From: an uncultured Chloroflexia bacterium
GTDB lineage: Bacteria; Chloroflexota; Limnocylindria; Limnocylindrales; CSP1-4
DNA length: 64,000 nucleotides
Direction: 5' to 3'
Assembly (NCBI GenBank): GCA_963795645.1
Contig: CAWCIK010000006.1
Coordinates: forward strand, 1,377,761-1,441,760
The translations under genes were made by a program, and so were the position numbers. Positions 36,507 through 46,335 of this stretch are shown one piece after another. Within the stretch, counting starts at the first letter, position 1, and the number at the start of each line of letters is the position of its first letter. The notes under the pieces were generated by a model. That model saw only the letters and a program-made list of their open reading frames with translations. It searched no databases and was not told the DNA's origin.

Positions 36507-38120
36507 GTGGCCGCCGAGCCCGCAGATGTTCTGATCATCGGTGCAGGTGCTTCGGGCGGGGTCGTTGGCAAACGCCTCGCCGAGGCCGGTTTCAATGTCG
36601 TCTGCCTGGAGCAGGGCGACTGGCACAACCGCGACGACTACCCGGGCAACAAGCTCGACTGGGAGCTCCATCAGCGCAAGAGCTGGGCGACGAGCCCGAA
36701 CATCCGCGGCCTTGCGCAGGATTACCCGATCGTCGAGGACGACACGCCCGTCTCGCCGCTCATGTACAACGCGGTCGGTGGCTCGACGCTGATCTTCGCC
36801 GGCGCCTGGCCCCGTGCGCTGCCCAGCGACTTCCGGGTAAGGAGCCTCGACGGCATCGCCGACGATTGGCCGATCGACTATTTCGAGCTGCTGCCGTACT
36901 TCTATCGCACGGACCGCGATTTCGGCGTCTCGGCGCTGCCGGGCAATCCCGGCTATCCCCAGGACACCGAGGACGCGCCGATGCCGCCGCTGCCGATCGG
37001 CTCGTCGGGGCTGAAGATCGCGCGCGCCCACACGAAGCTCGGCTGGCACTGGTGGCCGGAGTTCAACTCGATCAACTCGACCCCTTACGACGGCCGCCGA
37101 CCGTGCGTCCAGCGCAGCACCTGCCAGAGCGGCTGCAACGAGGGCGCCAAGGCTTCCACGGACCTGACCCACTGGCCCAAGGCCATTGCCAACGGCGCCC
37201 GACTCATCACCGGTGCCCGGGTACGGCGCATCGAGACCAACGCGGACGGCCTGGCCACGGGCGCGACCTGGATCGACCGCGACGGCAACGAGCATTTCGA
37301 GCCGGCGCGCGTCGTGGTCATGGCCGCGAACGCGATCGGCACGCCCAGGCTTCTGCTCCTGTCGGCCAGCCGGGCGCACCCGAACGGGCTGGCCAACTCT
37401 TCGGGCCTGGTCGGCAAGCGGCTGATGATGCATCCGTTCGCCAACGTCGCGGGCCTTTTCGAGGAGCCGCTCACGAGCTGGCAGGGCCAGTTCGGCGACC
37501 TCATCGAGTCGCTCGAGTTCTACGAGACCGACGAAAAGCGCGGCTTCGTCCGCGGCGCACGATGGGGCCTCGCGCCCACCGGCGGGCCCGTCAATGCCGC
37601 GCTGCCCGCGCGGGCCGGTGAACAGATCTGGGGCCCGGACCACCACCTGCACCTGAAGGAGGTCCTGGGCCACGGTGCGAACTGGGGTCTTTTCGCCGAG
37701 GACCTGCCCGACGAGGCCAACCACATCACGCTCTCGTCGACGGTCACTGACGGCGATGGCATCCCCGCGCCGGAAGTCCACTACACGATGGCCGACAACG
37801 CACGGCGCATGCTCGACTTCCACATCGAGCGTGCCAGGGAGTCGATGGACGCGGCAGGTGCATACAAGATCGAGGTCGATCGACTCATGCGCTACAGCGG
37901 CTGGCATCTGCTCGGCACGGCGCGCATGGGCGACGATCCGGAGACATCGGTCGTCGACCGCTGGAACCGCGCCCACGACGTGCCCAACCTGTACGTCGTC
38001 GACGGCTCGTGCTTCGTGACCTCGAGCGGCGTCAACCCGACTTCTACGATCGTCGCCATCGCGCTGCGAGCGACAGACCACATCATCGAGACTCGAGCTG
38101 AGCAGCAGGTGCCGTCGTGA
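36507..38120 (+). CDS. GMC-family FAD oxidoreductase (gluconate-2-dehydrogenase flavoprotein-like)
   Basis: 537 aa. DVLIIGAGASGGVVGKRLAEAG, C-terminal GTARMG..VVD...H.V.NLYVVDGS. Confidence 0.9.
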   Translation: MAAEPADVLIIGAGASGGVVGKRLAEAGFNVVCLEQGDWHNRDDYPGNKLDWELHQRKSWATSPNIRGLAQDYPIVEDDTPVSPLMYNAVGGSTLIFAGAWPRALPSDFRVRSLDGIADDWPIDYFELLPYFYRTDRDFGVSALPGNPGYPQDTEDAPMPPLPIGSSGLKIARAHTKLGWHWWPEFNSINSTPYDGRRPCVQRSTCQSGCNEGAKASTDLTHWPKAIANGARLITGARVRRIETNADGLATGATWIDRDGNEHFEPARVVVMAANAIGTPRLLLLSASRAHPNGLANSSGLVGKRLMMHPFANVAGLFEEPLTSWQGQFGDLIESLEFYETDEKRGFVRGARWGLAPTGGPVNAALPARAGEQIWGPDHHLHLKEVLGHGANWGLFAEDLPDEANHITLSSTVTDGDGIPAPEVHYTMADNARRMLDFHIERARESMDAAGAYKIEVDRLMRYSGWHLLGTARMGDDPETSVVDRWNRAHDVPNLYVVDGSCFVTSSGVNPTSTIVAIALRATDHIIETRAEQQVPS

Positions 38121-38620
38121 CGGTGGAGGAGATCACGGCGCTGACCATCGCCGAACGCCAGGCATTCGCTGCGGTCGCGGACCATCTAATTCCGGCCGCG
38201 CACGGAATGCCATCAGCCGGTGAAGTCGTGAACGACGACCGGATCGCGTTCGTCCTGCGTGCGCGGCCGGATCTCGCCGATCCGTTGCGCGCGTCCCTCC
38301 GCGCCGCGCTCGGAGACGACGTCCAGGGTCGTCTAGATGCGCTGGCCGACGAGCCCGTCAACATCGGCGCGCTGCAGCTGACGATCGTCGCGGGCTATTA
38401 CACCGACAAGCGCGTGCGCGAGCTGATCGGCTATCCGGGCCAGATGGCAATAGATGTCAAATCGTGGCTCGTGCCCGAGTATCTGGAAGAGGGCCACATC
38501 GACGCAGTCCTGGCCCGTGGCCCGGTGTGGCGCGACCCGAGCACTGGCCGGCGCGCGAATGAAGCGAACGTCCCGCGCACCTACGCTGAGCGCTTCACCG
38601 AGAGAGCCGACAAAGGCTGA
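38117..38620 (+). CDS. Gluconate 2-dehydrogenase subunit-3-like small subunit
   Basis: 167 aa, start overlapping the GMC stop. FAAVADHLIPAAHGMPSAGEV and TIVAGYYTD match the subunit-3 family pattern as I recall it. Confidence 0.6.
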   Translation: MTVEEITALTIAERQAFAAVADHLIPAAHGMPSAGEVVNDDRIAFVLRARPDLADPLRASLRAALGDDVQGRLDALADEPVNIGALQLTIVAGYYTDKRVRELIGYPGQMAIDVKSWLVPEYLEEGHIDAVLARGPVWRDPSTGRRANEANVPRTYAERFTERADKG

Positions 38621-38631
38621 AGGAGGCAACA

Positions 38632-40122
38632 ATGGCCGTGATAGCGCCCGAGCAGAAGTCGGAGAGCGCCGAACAGGGCTGGCTCGATGCCTTCCTCGCC
38701 ACCTGGCAGACAGGGACAGGCAAGGAGCGCGAAGTGCGCGAGCCGGCCACGGGCCGCCATCTGCTGACGATCCGGGAGTCCACTCCGGACGACGTTGCCA
38801 TGGCGGCCGCCGCGGCCGCGGCGGCGCAGCCGGCGTGGGCCGCGGCGTCATACCAGGAACGAGCCGCGGTCCTGCGTCGCGCGGCGGAGATCTACGAGGC
38901 TCATCGCGCCGAGTTCGGGACATGGACGCAGCGCGAGACCGGCGCGCACCGCAACAAGATGCATCACGAGCAGAACTTCACGCTCAACGAGGCCGAGGCG
39001 GCCGCGGCGATGCCGTGGCAGCCATACGGCTCGCTCATGCCCACCGTGCAACAGGAGCGCCTGTCCATGGTTCGCCGCGTTCCGGTGGGCGTGGTCGGCG
39101 CGATCACTCCGTGGAACTCACCCAGCGTGCTCGGCATGCGCGTGGTCGCGCCCGCGCTTGCCCTGGGCAATGCCGTGGTGCTCAAGCCGGATCCGCAGAC
39201 GCCGGTGTGTGGCGGTGCCGTCTTCGCGTCGATCTTCAAGGAGGCCGGCCTGCCCGATGGGCTGCTCCAGATCGTCATCGGCGACTCGGAGACCGGGCAG
39301 GCGCTGGTCACGGACCGGAACGTCAACATGGTCTCGTTCACCGGCTCGACCGAGGTCGGCCGCATCGTCGGCGCAGAAGCCGGCAGGCTGCTCAAGAAGG
39401 TCAGCCTGGAGCTGGGCGGCAACAACCCGTTGATCGTCCTCGACGACGCCGATCTGGCAGCTGCGGCGAGCGCAGGCGCGTACTCCAGCTTCCAGTTCCA
39501 GGGCCAGGTGTGCTTTGCCACCGGCCGCCACATCGTCCATCGCGATGTCGCCGATGAATACGTTGACCTGCTCGCCCAGAAGGCGCGCCGGCTGCGCACC
39601 GGCGATCCGTATCGCGAGGACGTGGAGCTCGGTCCGATCGTCAACGAGCAGCAGATCAAGCGCGTCGACTCGATCGTGCGCCGCTCGGTTGACTCGGGTG
39701 GCGCCCGGCTCGTGGAGGGCGGCACGTTCGAGGGCCTCTTCTACCGGCCCACGGTTCTCGCCGACGTCAAGCTAGACGCGCCCGCCTGGACGGACGAGAT
39801 CTTCGGGCCTGTCGCTCCGGTCGTGACGTTTGCCACCGACGACGAGGCGGTCGAGCTGGCCAACTCGTCCGAATACGGCCTCGCCGCGGGCGTCTACTCG
39901 CGCTCGGTCTCGCGCGGCCTGGCAATTGCCAACCGGATTCGCGCGGGCATGGTCCATGTCAACGACCAATCGATCAACGACGAGGCGACGATCCCGTTCG
40001 GGGGCATGGGCATCAGCGGCAACGGTGGCCGCTTTGGCGCCGAGGCCAACCTGGAAGCGTTCACGCAGTGGCAGTGGATCACCATCCGCGACGACGCCAA
40101 GTCGTTCGGGCCGGTCTATTGA
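38632..40122 (+). CDS. NAD(P)+-dependent aldehyde dehydrogenase
   Basis: 496 aa. ITPWNSP, FTGSTEVGR, LELGGNNP, catalytic QVCFATGR context, EEIFGPV-like DEIFGPV. Confidence 0.9.
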   Translation: MAVIAPEQKSESAEQGWLDAFLATWQTGTGKEREVREPATGRHLLTIRESTPDDVAMAAAAAAAAQPAWAAASYQERAAVLRRAAEIYEAHRAEFGTWTQRETGAHRNKMHHEQNFTLNEAEAAAAMPWQPYGSLMPTVQQERLSMVRRVPVGVVGAITPWNSPSVLGMRVVAPALALGNAVVLKPDPQTPVCGGAVFASIFKEAGLPDGLLQIVIGDSETGQALVTDRNVNMVSFTGSTEVGRIVGAEAGRLLKKVSLELGGNNPLIVLDDADLAAAASAGAYSSFQFQGQVCFATGRHIVHRDVADEYVDLLAQKARRLRTGDPYREDVELGPIVNEQQIKRVDSIVRRSVDSGGARLVEGGTFEGLFYRPTVLADVKLDAPAWTDEIFGPVAPVVTFATDDEAVELANSSEYGLAAGVYSRSVSRGLAIANRIRAGMVHVNDQSINDEATIPFGGMGISGNGGRFGAEANLEAFTQWQWITIRDDAKSFGPVY

Positions 40123-41162
40123 CCTCGATCACCGAGGTCGCCCGTCTCGCGGGCGTCTCGATCGCGACTGCCTCACGCGTCGTTTCCGAGGCTGACTATC
40201 CGGTCAGCGCCCCGACACGCGAGCGCGTGCTGGAGGCGGCGCGCGAGCTGGACTACGTGCCCAACGCGCTGGCGCGCGGCCTGCTCAAGAGCCAGATCCC
40301 GGTCGTGGGCGTGATCGTGCACGACATCACCGACCCGTACTTCGCTGAGATCGTCCGCGGCGCTGAGGATGCCGCCGAATTGGGCGGCTACCTCGTCATC
40401 ACCTGCTCGAGCGAGCGCGATGGCGCACGCGAGGCGTCGTACGTGCGGCTGTTGCGCTCCATGCGCGCCGCGGCGCTGATCTTCGCGGGCTCAGGGATGG
40501 ACGATCCGACGTACCTGGAGGAGCTGCCGCGCCACGTGGCCGCGCTGCGCGCCTCCGGCGCGGCGGTCGTCCACCTCTCGCCTCACGCACTTGGCGCGCC
40601 GGAGGTGAGCGTCGACAACCAGGCCGGGATCGCGTCGATGGTCGCGGCGCTGGTGGAGCTCGGCCATCGACGCATCGCGTTCATCGCCGGGCCACACTCG
40701 CTGTACGTCGCGCGCGAGCGCCTTGCCGGCTACCGTCGCGGTCTCACCGACGCGAGCATCCCCGTCGACGAGCGACTGATCATCGAAAGCGGCTTCTCCG
40801 CCGAGGCGGGCGCCCGCGCCGTCGACGACCTCCTCGCGACGCACACCCGGGCGGGCTCGGACTTCACCGCGATCCTGTGCGCCAACGACCTCCTCGCGTT
40901 GGGCGCTCTGCAGCGTCTCCACGAGCACGGCATCATCGTGCCGCGCGATGTCTCGGTAGCGGGCTTCGACGATATCCCGGTCGCAGCAATGACGGCGCCG
41001 TCGCTGTCGACCGTGCGCCTGCCGCTGCGCGAGATGGGCAGGCGCGGCTTCGACGCGGCGATTCGCCTGCTCAACGGGGAGATCGTCGCGCCTCACATCC
41101 TGCCGACACACGTCGTGATGCGCGACTCGACCGCAGCGCCAAGCAACAGGGGACCTCAATGA
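40119..41162 (+). CDS. LacI-family transcriptional regulator
   Basis: TTG 40119 overlaps the upstream stop. TSITEVARLAGVSIATASRVVS...RERVLEAARELDYVPNALARGL HTH, followed by a periplasmic-binding-fold domain. Confidence 0.85.
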   Translation: MTSITEVARLAGVSIATASRVVSEADYPVSAPTRERVLEAARELDYVPNALARGLLKSQIPVVGVIVHDITDPYFAEIVRGAEDAAELGGYLVITCSSERDGAREASYVRLLRSMRAAALIFAGSGMDDPTYLEELPRHVAALRASGAAVVHLSPHALGAPEVSVDNQAGIASMVAALVELGHRRIAFIAGPHSLYVARERLAGYRRGLTDASIPVDERLIIESGFSAEAGARAVDDLLATHTRAGSDFTAILCANDLLALGALQRLHEHGIIVPRDVSVAGFDDIPVAAMTAPSLSTVRLPLREMGRRGFDAAIRLLNGEIVAPHILPTHVVMRDSTAAPSNRGPQ

Positions 41163-42076
41163 ACCAGCTCAACCTGCGCGGCATCATCCCGGCCTGCGTC
41201 GTCACGTTCGACGCGGACGGCAAGTTCGACGAGGCGCAGTACCGCCACTATCTGCAGTGGCTGCTGCCGCAGGGGCCGGTCGCACTGGCGATCAACGCCG
41301 ACACCGGCGAAGGGCCGCATCTCTGGCCAGAAGAGCGCGAGCGCGTCCTGCGTGCTGCCGTCGATGAGGCGGGCGACATTCCCGTCATTGCCGGCCTGTC
41401 CGCGATGTTCACCGAGCAGGCCATCGTCGAGGGCAAGCGCGCCCGCGATGCGGGCGCGCGCGGCCTGCTCGTCTTCCCTATCCCGGCCTACCAGGGCGTG
41501 CCGCTCGACCCGGCGGTGCCGGTCGCGTACCACGAGGCCATAGCCCAGAGCGTCGGTTTGCCGATGATCGCTTTCCAGCTCCAGCCCGCCCTGGGCGGCG
41601 TGATCTTTGCCGAGGACACGCTGCGCCGCATTGCCGCGATTGACAACGTCGTCGCGCTCAAGGAGGCCAGCTTCGACGCGCGCCTGTACCTGCTGACGCG
41701 GCGCATGATCGAGCATCTCGACCGGCCGATCGACCTGCTCACGGGCGATGACAACTTCATCTACGAGTCGTTCGTGATGGGCGCGGAGGGCGCCCTCATC
41801 GGCTTCGGCACGCTGGCCACGGCCGAGCAGGTCGAGATGGTCGAGCTGACCAGCCAGGATCGCTGGGCTGAGGCACGTGCCATCTGGGAGCGGATCCTGC
41901 CGCTCGAGGAGGCCGTCTATGCCTCGCCTGTGCGCGACTACCGCGCACGGACCAAGGTCGCGCTCAAGGAGCTCGGGGTGATCCACAACACGGACATGCG
42001 CCCGCCGCTTATGCCCGTGGGCGACGATCAGGCGAAACTCATCCGCGACGCCCTGGTCGCCGCCGGCCTGTGTTGA
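41159..42076 (+). CDS. Dihydrodipicolinate synthase/N-acetylneuraminate lyase family (class I aldolase)
   Basis: 305 aa, ATG overlapping the LacI stop (ATGA). GIIPACVVTF, NADTGEG, VVALKEAS (Schiff-base Lys context). Confidence 0.8.
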   Translation: MNQLNLRGIIPACVVTFDADGKFDEAQYRHYLQWLLPQGPVALAINADTGEGPHLWPEERERVLRAAVDEAGDIPVIAGLSAMFTEQAIVEGKRARDAGARGLLVFPIPAYQGVPLDPAVPVAYHEAIAQSVGLPMIAFQLQPALGGVIFAEDTLRRIAAIDNVVALKEASFDARLYLLTRRMIEHLDRPIDLLTGDDNFIYESFVMGAEGALIGFGTLATAEQVEMVELTSQDRWAEARAIWERILPLEEAVYASPVRDYRARTKVALKELGVIHNTDMRPPLMPVGDDQAKLIRDALVAAGLC

Positions 42077-42831
42077 TGGCCGACGCGCTCGCCGATCGCA
42101 TCGTGCTGGTCACCGGCAGCAGCCGCGGCATCGGTGCCGAGATCGCGGCGAAGGCCGGTGCGGCGGGCGCGACGGTCGCGGTGCACTACAACCACCTTTC
42201 GGAGGGCGCCGAGCGGACCGCGGGACGCATACGCGACGCTGGTGGGCAGGCTGAGTTGTTCAGCGCCGACGTGTCGGTCGGTGCCCAGGCGGAGAGCCTG
42301 GTCGAGCGGGTGGTCGAGCACTTCGGGCGTATCGACGCCCTGGTCAACAACGCCGGCAACACCCAGGTCGGGCCATTCCTCGAGATCGCGCCCGAGACGT
42401 GGGACGAGGTCATCGCCACGGATCTGTCGGCGTCGTTCCACACCTGCCGGGCGGCGGTTCCGCACATGCTCGCGCAGGGCGGCGGATCGATCGTCAACAT
42501 CGCGTCCCGACTGGCCCAGATGGGTGTCACGGAGACGGCCGCCTACAGCGCAGCCAAGGCCGGGCTCGTGGGCCTGACGCGTGCGCTGGCCAAGGAGTTC
42601 GGCACGCGCGGCATCCGCGTCAATGCCGTGGCGCCGTTCGTGACCGTGACGGACATGACCACCGACCTGGTCGACAGCGCCGAAGGCGAGCGCAGGCTGC
42701 GCGACGCGGCGCTGGGTCGCTTCGGTCGCGCCGACGAGGTGGCCGACACGGTCATCTTTCTGCTGTCGGATGCGGCCTCGCTGTACACCGGTCAGACGCT
42801 CAACCCCAACGCGGGGGCGTATATGCCATGA
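42070..42831 (+). CDS. Short-chain dehydrogenase/reductase (FabG-like)
   Basis: VLVTGSSRGIGAEIA, NNAG, YSAAKAGLVGLTR (YxxxK). Confidence 0.9.
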   Translation: MLMADALADRIVLVTGSSRGIGAEIAAKAGAAGATVAVHYNHLSEGAERTAGRIRDAGGQAELFSADVSVGAQAESLVERVVEHFGRIDALVNNAGNTQVGPFLEIAPETWDEVIATDLSASFHTCRAAVPHMLAQGGGSIVNIASRLAQMGVTETAAYSAAKAGLVGLTRALAKEFGTRGIRVNAVAPFVTVTDMTTDLVDSAEGERRLRDAALGRFGRADEVADTVIFLLSDAASLYTGQTLNPNAGAYMP

Positions 42832-42876
42832 ATGCTCGAGCGCCCAGTTCCACGCGGTTTCCGTTCCCGAAGGTCC

Positions 42877-42914
42877 AATCACCGTGCGTGACTGCCCAGT
42901 CACCGTGCGTGACT
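42877..42914. repeat. Tandem pair of hairpin repeats (AATCAC-CGTGC-GTGACTG / CAGTCAC-CGTGC-GTGACT), REP-like
   Basis: Units at 42877-42894 and 42897-42914 in the 117-nt gap between the SDR and the CoA-transferase. Same consensus as the copies at 48637-48674 and 49200-49225. Confidence 0.7.
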
Positions 42915-42948
42915 AACGCTCTCGTGACGGGCGCCAGGTGATGGCTCG

Positions 42949-44520
42949 GTGAGCAAGGTCATCTCGGTGCGCGAGGCAGTCGAGCTGGTCAAGGACGCCC
43001 AGACGTTCGTGGTCGGCGGGTCGGGCGCGGGGCACGCCCTGCCGCAGCGCTTCATCGACGAGCTCGAGACGGTCTTCAAGGAGACCGGCCACCCGCGCGA
43101 CCTCACGTCAGTGCGCGTCGTTGGCACGGGCGACTTCGCCGATCGCGGCTTCAGCCAGCTCGCGCTGCCGGGCATGCATCGGCGCACGATCGGCTCGAAC
43201 ATCGGCAACGAGCCGCGCCTTGGCACAATGGTCGAGCGCAACGAGCTGGAGGCGTACTCGTTCCCCCAGGGCGTGCTCTCCCAGCTGATGGGCGAGATTG
43301 CCGCGGGACGCCCCGGTCTCGTGACGCATGTCGGCCTGGGCACGTACGTCGACCCGCGTCAGACCGGCGGCAAGCAGAACAGCCGCACGACCGACGATCT
43401 AGTGGAGGTCGTAACCCTGCGTGGCAAAGAGTGGCTCATGTTCCACGCCTTCCCGATCGACGTGGCTGTGATCCGCGGCTCGACCGCGGACGAGGACGGT
43501 TCGATAACCATGGAATCGGAGGCGATCCAGGCCGAGATGCTTGACATGGCCATGGCCGCGCGCAACAGCGGGGGCATCGTGATCGCGCAAGTTCGTCAGC
43601 TGGCGCGCCGCGGTTCCCTGCCGCAACGCGACGTCAAGGTGCCCGGCGCTCTCGTTGACTACGTCTACGTCGTGCCCGACCAGTGGCAGACATACATCAC
43701 CCAGGATTCGCCGTACTACGCGGGCAAGCTGCGCAAGCCTGTCGTGCCCGAGCCGCCACTGGCGCTCGACGTGCGCAAGATCATCGCCCGCCGCTCGTTG
43801 CTGGAGTTCGCGCCGGGCAACATCTGCAACCTGGGCTTCGGCATCTCCCAGCTCATCGGCCGCGTGGCGTGGGAGGAGGGCATAACCGATCAGCTCGTCC
43901 TGACCGTCGAGCAGGGCATCTTCGGCGGCGCCCCCGTGGCGGGCAACGAGGGCGGTGCCGGCTTCAACTACCAGGCCATGATCGACCAGCCCAACATGTT
44001 CCGTTTCTATGACGGCGGCGGCCTTGATGTCGCGAGCCTCTCCTTCGCCGAGGTTGATGCCGCGGGCAACGTCAATGTGCACTCCTTCGAGGGCCGCATC
44101 CGCGGCCCGGGCGGCTTCCCGAACATCAGCGCCAAGACGCCCAAGATCAACTTCGTCGGAACGCTGACTGCGCAGGGGCTCAAGCTCCATATCGACGAAT
44201 CGGGCGTGCGCGTCATCGACGAAGGCTCGCTGCCCAAGTTCGTGCCCAGCGTCCGCGAGATCTCGTTCAACGGCAGGCTCGCCCGCGAGCGCGGCCAGCA
44301 CGTGCGCTACATCACCGACAGGGCCGTGTTCGAGCTAGCTGACGACGGCCTGGTGCTGATCGAGGTCGCACCGGGCATCGACATCGAACGCGATGTGATG
44401 GCGCGCATGGGCTTTCGGCCGCGCATCGCGGAGAACTGCCGCACCATTGACCTGCGCGTCTACGCCGCCGGCCCGATGGGCCTCGCCGCCGACTTCGCCC
44501 GCGAGGCCGGCGGTGGCTGA
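42949..44520 (+). CDS. Acyl-CoA:acetate/3-ketoacid CoA-transferase family protein (single-chain, YdiF-like)
   Basis: 523 aa. VVGGSGAGHALP, AVIRGSTADEDGSITMESEA, FGGAPVAGNEGGAGFNYQAMI. Confidence 0.75.
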   Translation: MSKVISVREAVELVKDAQTFVVGGSGAGHALPQRFIDELETVFKETGHPRDLTSVRVVGTGDFADRGFSQLALPGMHRRTIGSNIGNEPRLGTMVERNELEAYSFPQGVLSQLMGEIAAGRPGLVTHVGLGTYVDPRQTGGKQNSRTTDDLVEVVTLRGKEWLMFHAFPIDVAVIRGSTADEDGSITMESEAIQAEMLDMAMAARNSGGIVIAQVRQLARRGSLPQRDVKVPGALVDYVYVVPDQWQTYITQDSPYYAGKLRKPVVPEPPLALDVRKIIARRSLLEFAPGNICNLGFGISQLIGRVAWEEGITDQLVLTVEQGIFGGAPVAGNEGGAGFNYQAMIDQPNMFRFYDGGGLDVASLSFAEVDAAGNVNVHSFEGRIRGPGGFPNISAKTPKINFVGTLTAQGLKLHIDESGVRVIDEGSLPKFVPSVREISFNGRLARERGQHVRYITDRAVFELADDGLVLIEVAPGIDIERDVMARMGFRPRIAENCRTIDLRVYAAGPMGLAADFAREAGGG

Positions 44521-45292
44521 GCTGGTCAGGCTCGAACTCGGCCACGTCGCCCATCTCGAGCTCGACAACCCGCCGCTCAACCTGGTCACCGACGCCCTGC
44601 TCGATGCGCTGGACGAGGCGTTAGCCACGCTCGAGGCCGCCGCGCCCGGCGACGTGCGCGCAGTCGTCGTGACCGGTGCCGGTGAGCGCGCCTTCTCGGC
44701 CGGCTCCGACGTGAAGGGCTTCGAGGGCCACCGCGGCGCTGCCGGCCGGCCACATTTCGAGCGCGAGGAAGCCGCGATGACCCGGCTGGCGCAACTGCCA
44801 ATGCCGACGATCGCGGCGATCGCGCACAACGCATTGGGCGGCGGGCTCGAGATCGCGCTGGCCTGTGACATCCGCGTCTGCTCGGAGCGCGCCAGCCTCG
44901 GCCTGCCCGAGGTGCGCCTGGCGGTCACGCCGGGCGCCGGCGGCACGCAGCGCCTGGCGCGCGTGGTGGGCATCGGCCGGGCCAAGGAGCTGACACTGAC
45001 CGGCCGCGTCATCGATGCCGCCGAGGCCGAGCGGATCGGCCTCGTCAGCCGGGTCGTGCCGGCGGGGCAGGCGCGTGCCGCAGCCGACGAGATCGCGGCC
45101 GAGATCGCACAGCGCGGTCCGCTCGCGGTGCGCGAGGTCAAGCGGCTGATCGAGCTGGCGGTCGATGTCGACATCAACGCCGGCATCGCGGCCGAGATCG
45201 ACGCCTCGGAAAGACTCTTCAACTCAGACGACATGCTCGAGGGCGCGCGTGCCTTCTTCGCCAAGCGCGCGCCGCAATACAGGGGAGAGTGA
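44513..45292 (+). CDS. Enoyl-CoA hydratase/isomerase (crotonase) family
   Basis: GTG 44513 overlaps the upstream stop region. VVVTGAGERAFSAGSDVKGF, GGGLEIALACDIR, LTLTGRVIDAAEAERIGLV. Confidence 0.85.
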   Translation: MAELVRLELGHVAHLELDNPPLNLVTDALLDALDEALATLEAAAPGDVRAVVVTGAGERAFSAGSDVKGFEGHRGAAGRPHFEREEAAMTRLAQLPMPTIAAIAHNALGGGLEIALACDIRVCSERASLGLPEVRLAVTPGAGGTQRLARVVGIGRAKELTLTGRVIDAAEAERIGLVSRVVPAGQARAAADEIAAEIAQRGPLAVREVKRLIELAVDVDINAGIAAEIDASERLFNSDDMLEGARAFFAKRAPQYRGE

Positions 45293-46335
45293 TGGCAGAG
45301 GTCGATCGTTTCGGGGTGTTCCTGCCTTCGTATATCTGGGAGGGCGACGGCCCGGAGCGTGCGCGCGGCATCAAGGAGTTCGCCCGCGCTGTAGAGGACA
45401 TGGGCTTCGACTCGCTCTTCGTCACGGACCACCTGATCGCCGCCAAACGCTTCTACTCGGTCTCCTTCCTGGAGCCGCTGACGGCGCTCGCCGTCGCGGC
45501 CGGCGCAACGTCGCGCGTCCGGCTGGGCACGTCGATCCTGATCATGCCGCTGCGCCACCCGGTGATGCTGGCCAAGGAGCTGGCCACGCTCCAGTTCCTG
45601 TCCGAGAACCGCGTGATCCTGGGTGCCGGCGTGGGCTGGAACGAGTTCGAGTATGCCGCTCTCGGCGTCAAGAAATCCGAGCGCGGCAAGCGCACCGATG
45701 AGATGCTCGACATCATGATCCCGCTTCTCGAGGGCGAGACGGTCACCTACGACGGCAAGTTCTACTCGGTCGACGAGCTGTCGATCGAGCCGCGTTCATC
45801 ACAGCGGCCTGAGATCTGGATCGGAGGCGGGTCGCAGCTCGCCGACCCGAAGTCGCCCGACCTGCCGCGCTTCGTCGAGTCGGTCAAGGCACGCGTGCTG
45901 CAGACAGATGGCTGGATTCCGCGTCCCACATGCCCGGTCGACGAGATCGCCAACGACTGGCGTCAGCTGCAGGACTACTACCGCGAGCACGGCCGCGATC
46001 CGCAGGATTGCGTCGTGGCTCACGAGAACTTCATGCACATCGTGCTGACCAACGATCCCGCCAAGGCGCGCCGAGAGCAGCACGAGGCGTTCCTGCGCGT
46101 GATGAGCAACGAGCGCGGGCCGGAGTACCTCGAGACGGTTTACCTGTTCGGCACGCCCGACGAGATCACCGCCTCGCTCCAGCAACGCGTCGACGCCGGC
46201 GTCGAGTACTTCATGCTCCACACCATGACGCCCGATCCGGCACAGCTGCGGGCGTGGATTGACGAGATCATCGCCAACATCAAGTTCCCACCCACGGCCG
46301 GTCCGGTGCGCAGGACCGCGTCGATCGCCGCGTGA
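45292..46335 (+). CDS. LLM-class (luciferase-like) flavin/F420-dependent oxidoreductase
   Basis: FDSLFVTDHL, LGTSILIMPLRHPVMLAKELATL, ILGAGVGW, IWIGGGS. ATG 45292 (TGATG overlap) or GTG 45289. Confidence 0.8.
   Translation: MAEVDRFGVFLPSYIWEGDGPERARGIKEFARAVEDMGFDSLFVTDHLIAAKRFYSVSFLEPLTALAVAAGATSRVRLGTSILIMPLRHPVMLAKELATLQFLSENRVILGAGVGWNEFEYAALGVKKSERGKRTDEMLDIMIPLLEGETVTYDGKFYSVDELSIEPRSSQRPEIWIGGGSQLADPKSPDLPRFVESVKARVLQTDGWIPRPTCPVDEIANDWRQLQDYYREHGRDPQDCVVAHENFMHIVLTNDPAKARREQHEAFLRVMSNERGPEYLETVYLFGTPDEITASLQQRVDAGVEYFMLHTMTPDPAQLRAWIDEIIANIKFPPTAGPVRRTASIAA

Noticed and set aside
36110-36628. A 172-aa minus-strand ORF in the long gap. Its last about 40 residues (..FVAHSGIGQRTTHGGHDIAVDSAVAIAEIGK..) look protein-like.
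   Set aside because: The N-terminal 130 aa are Arg/Pro/Ala junk and overlap the GMC gene start. At best it is a short remnant of a lost gene, and I cannot identify it.
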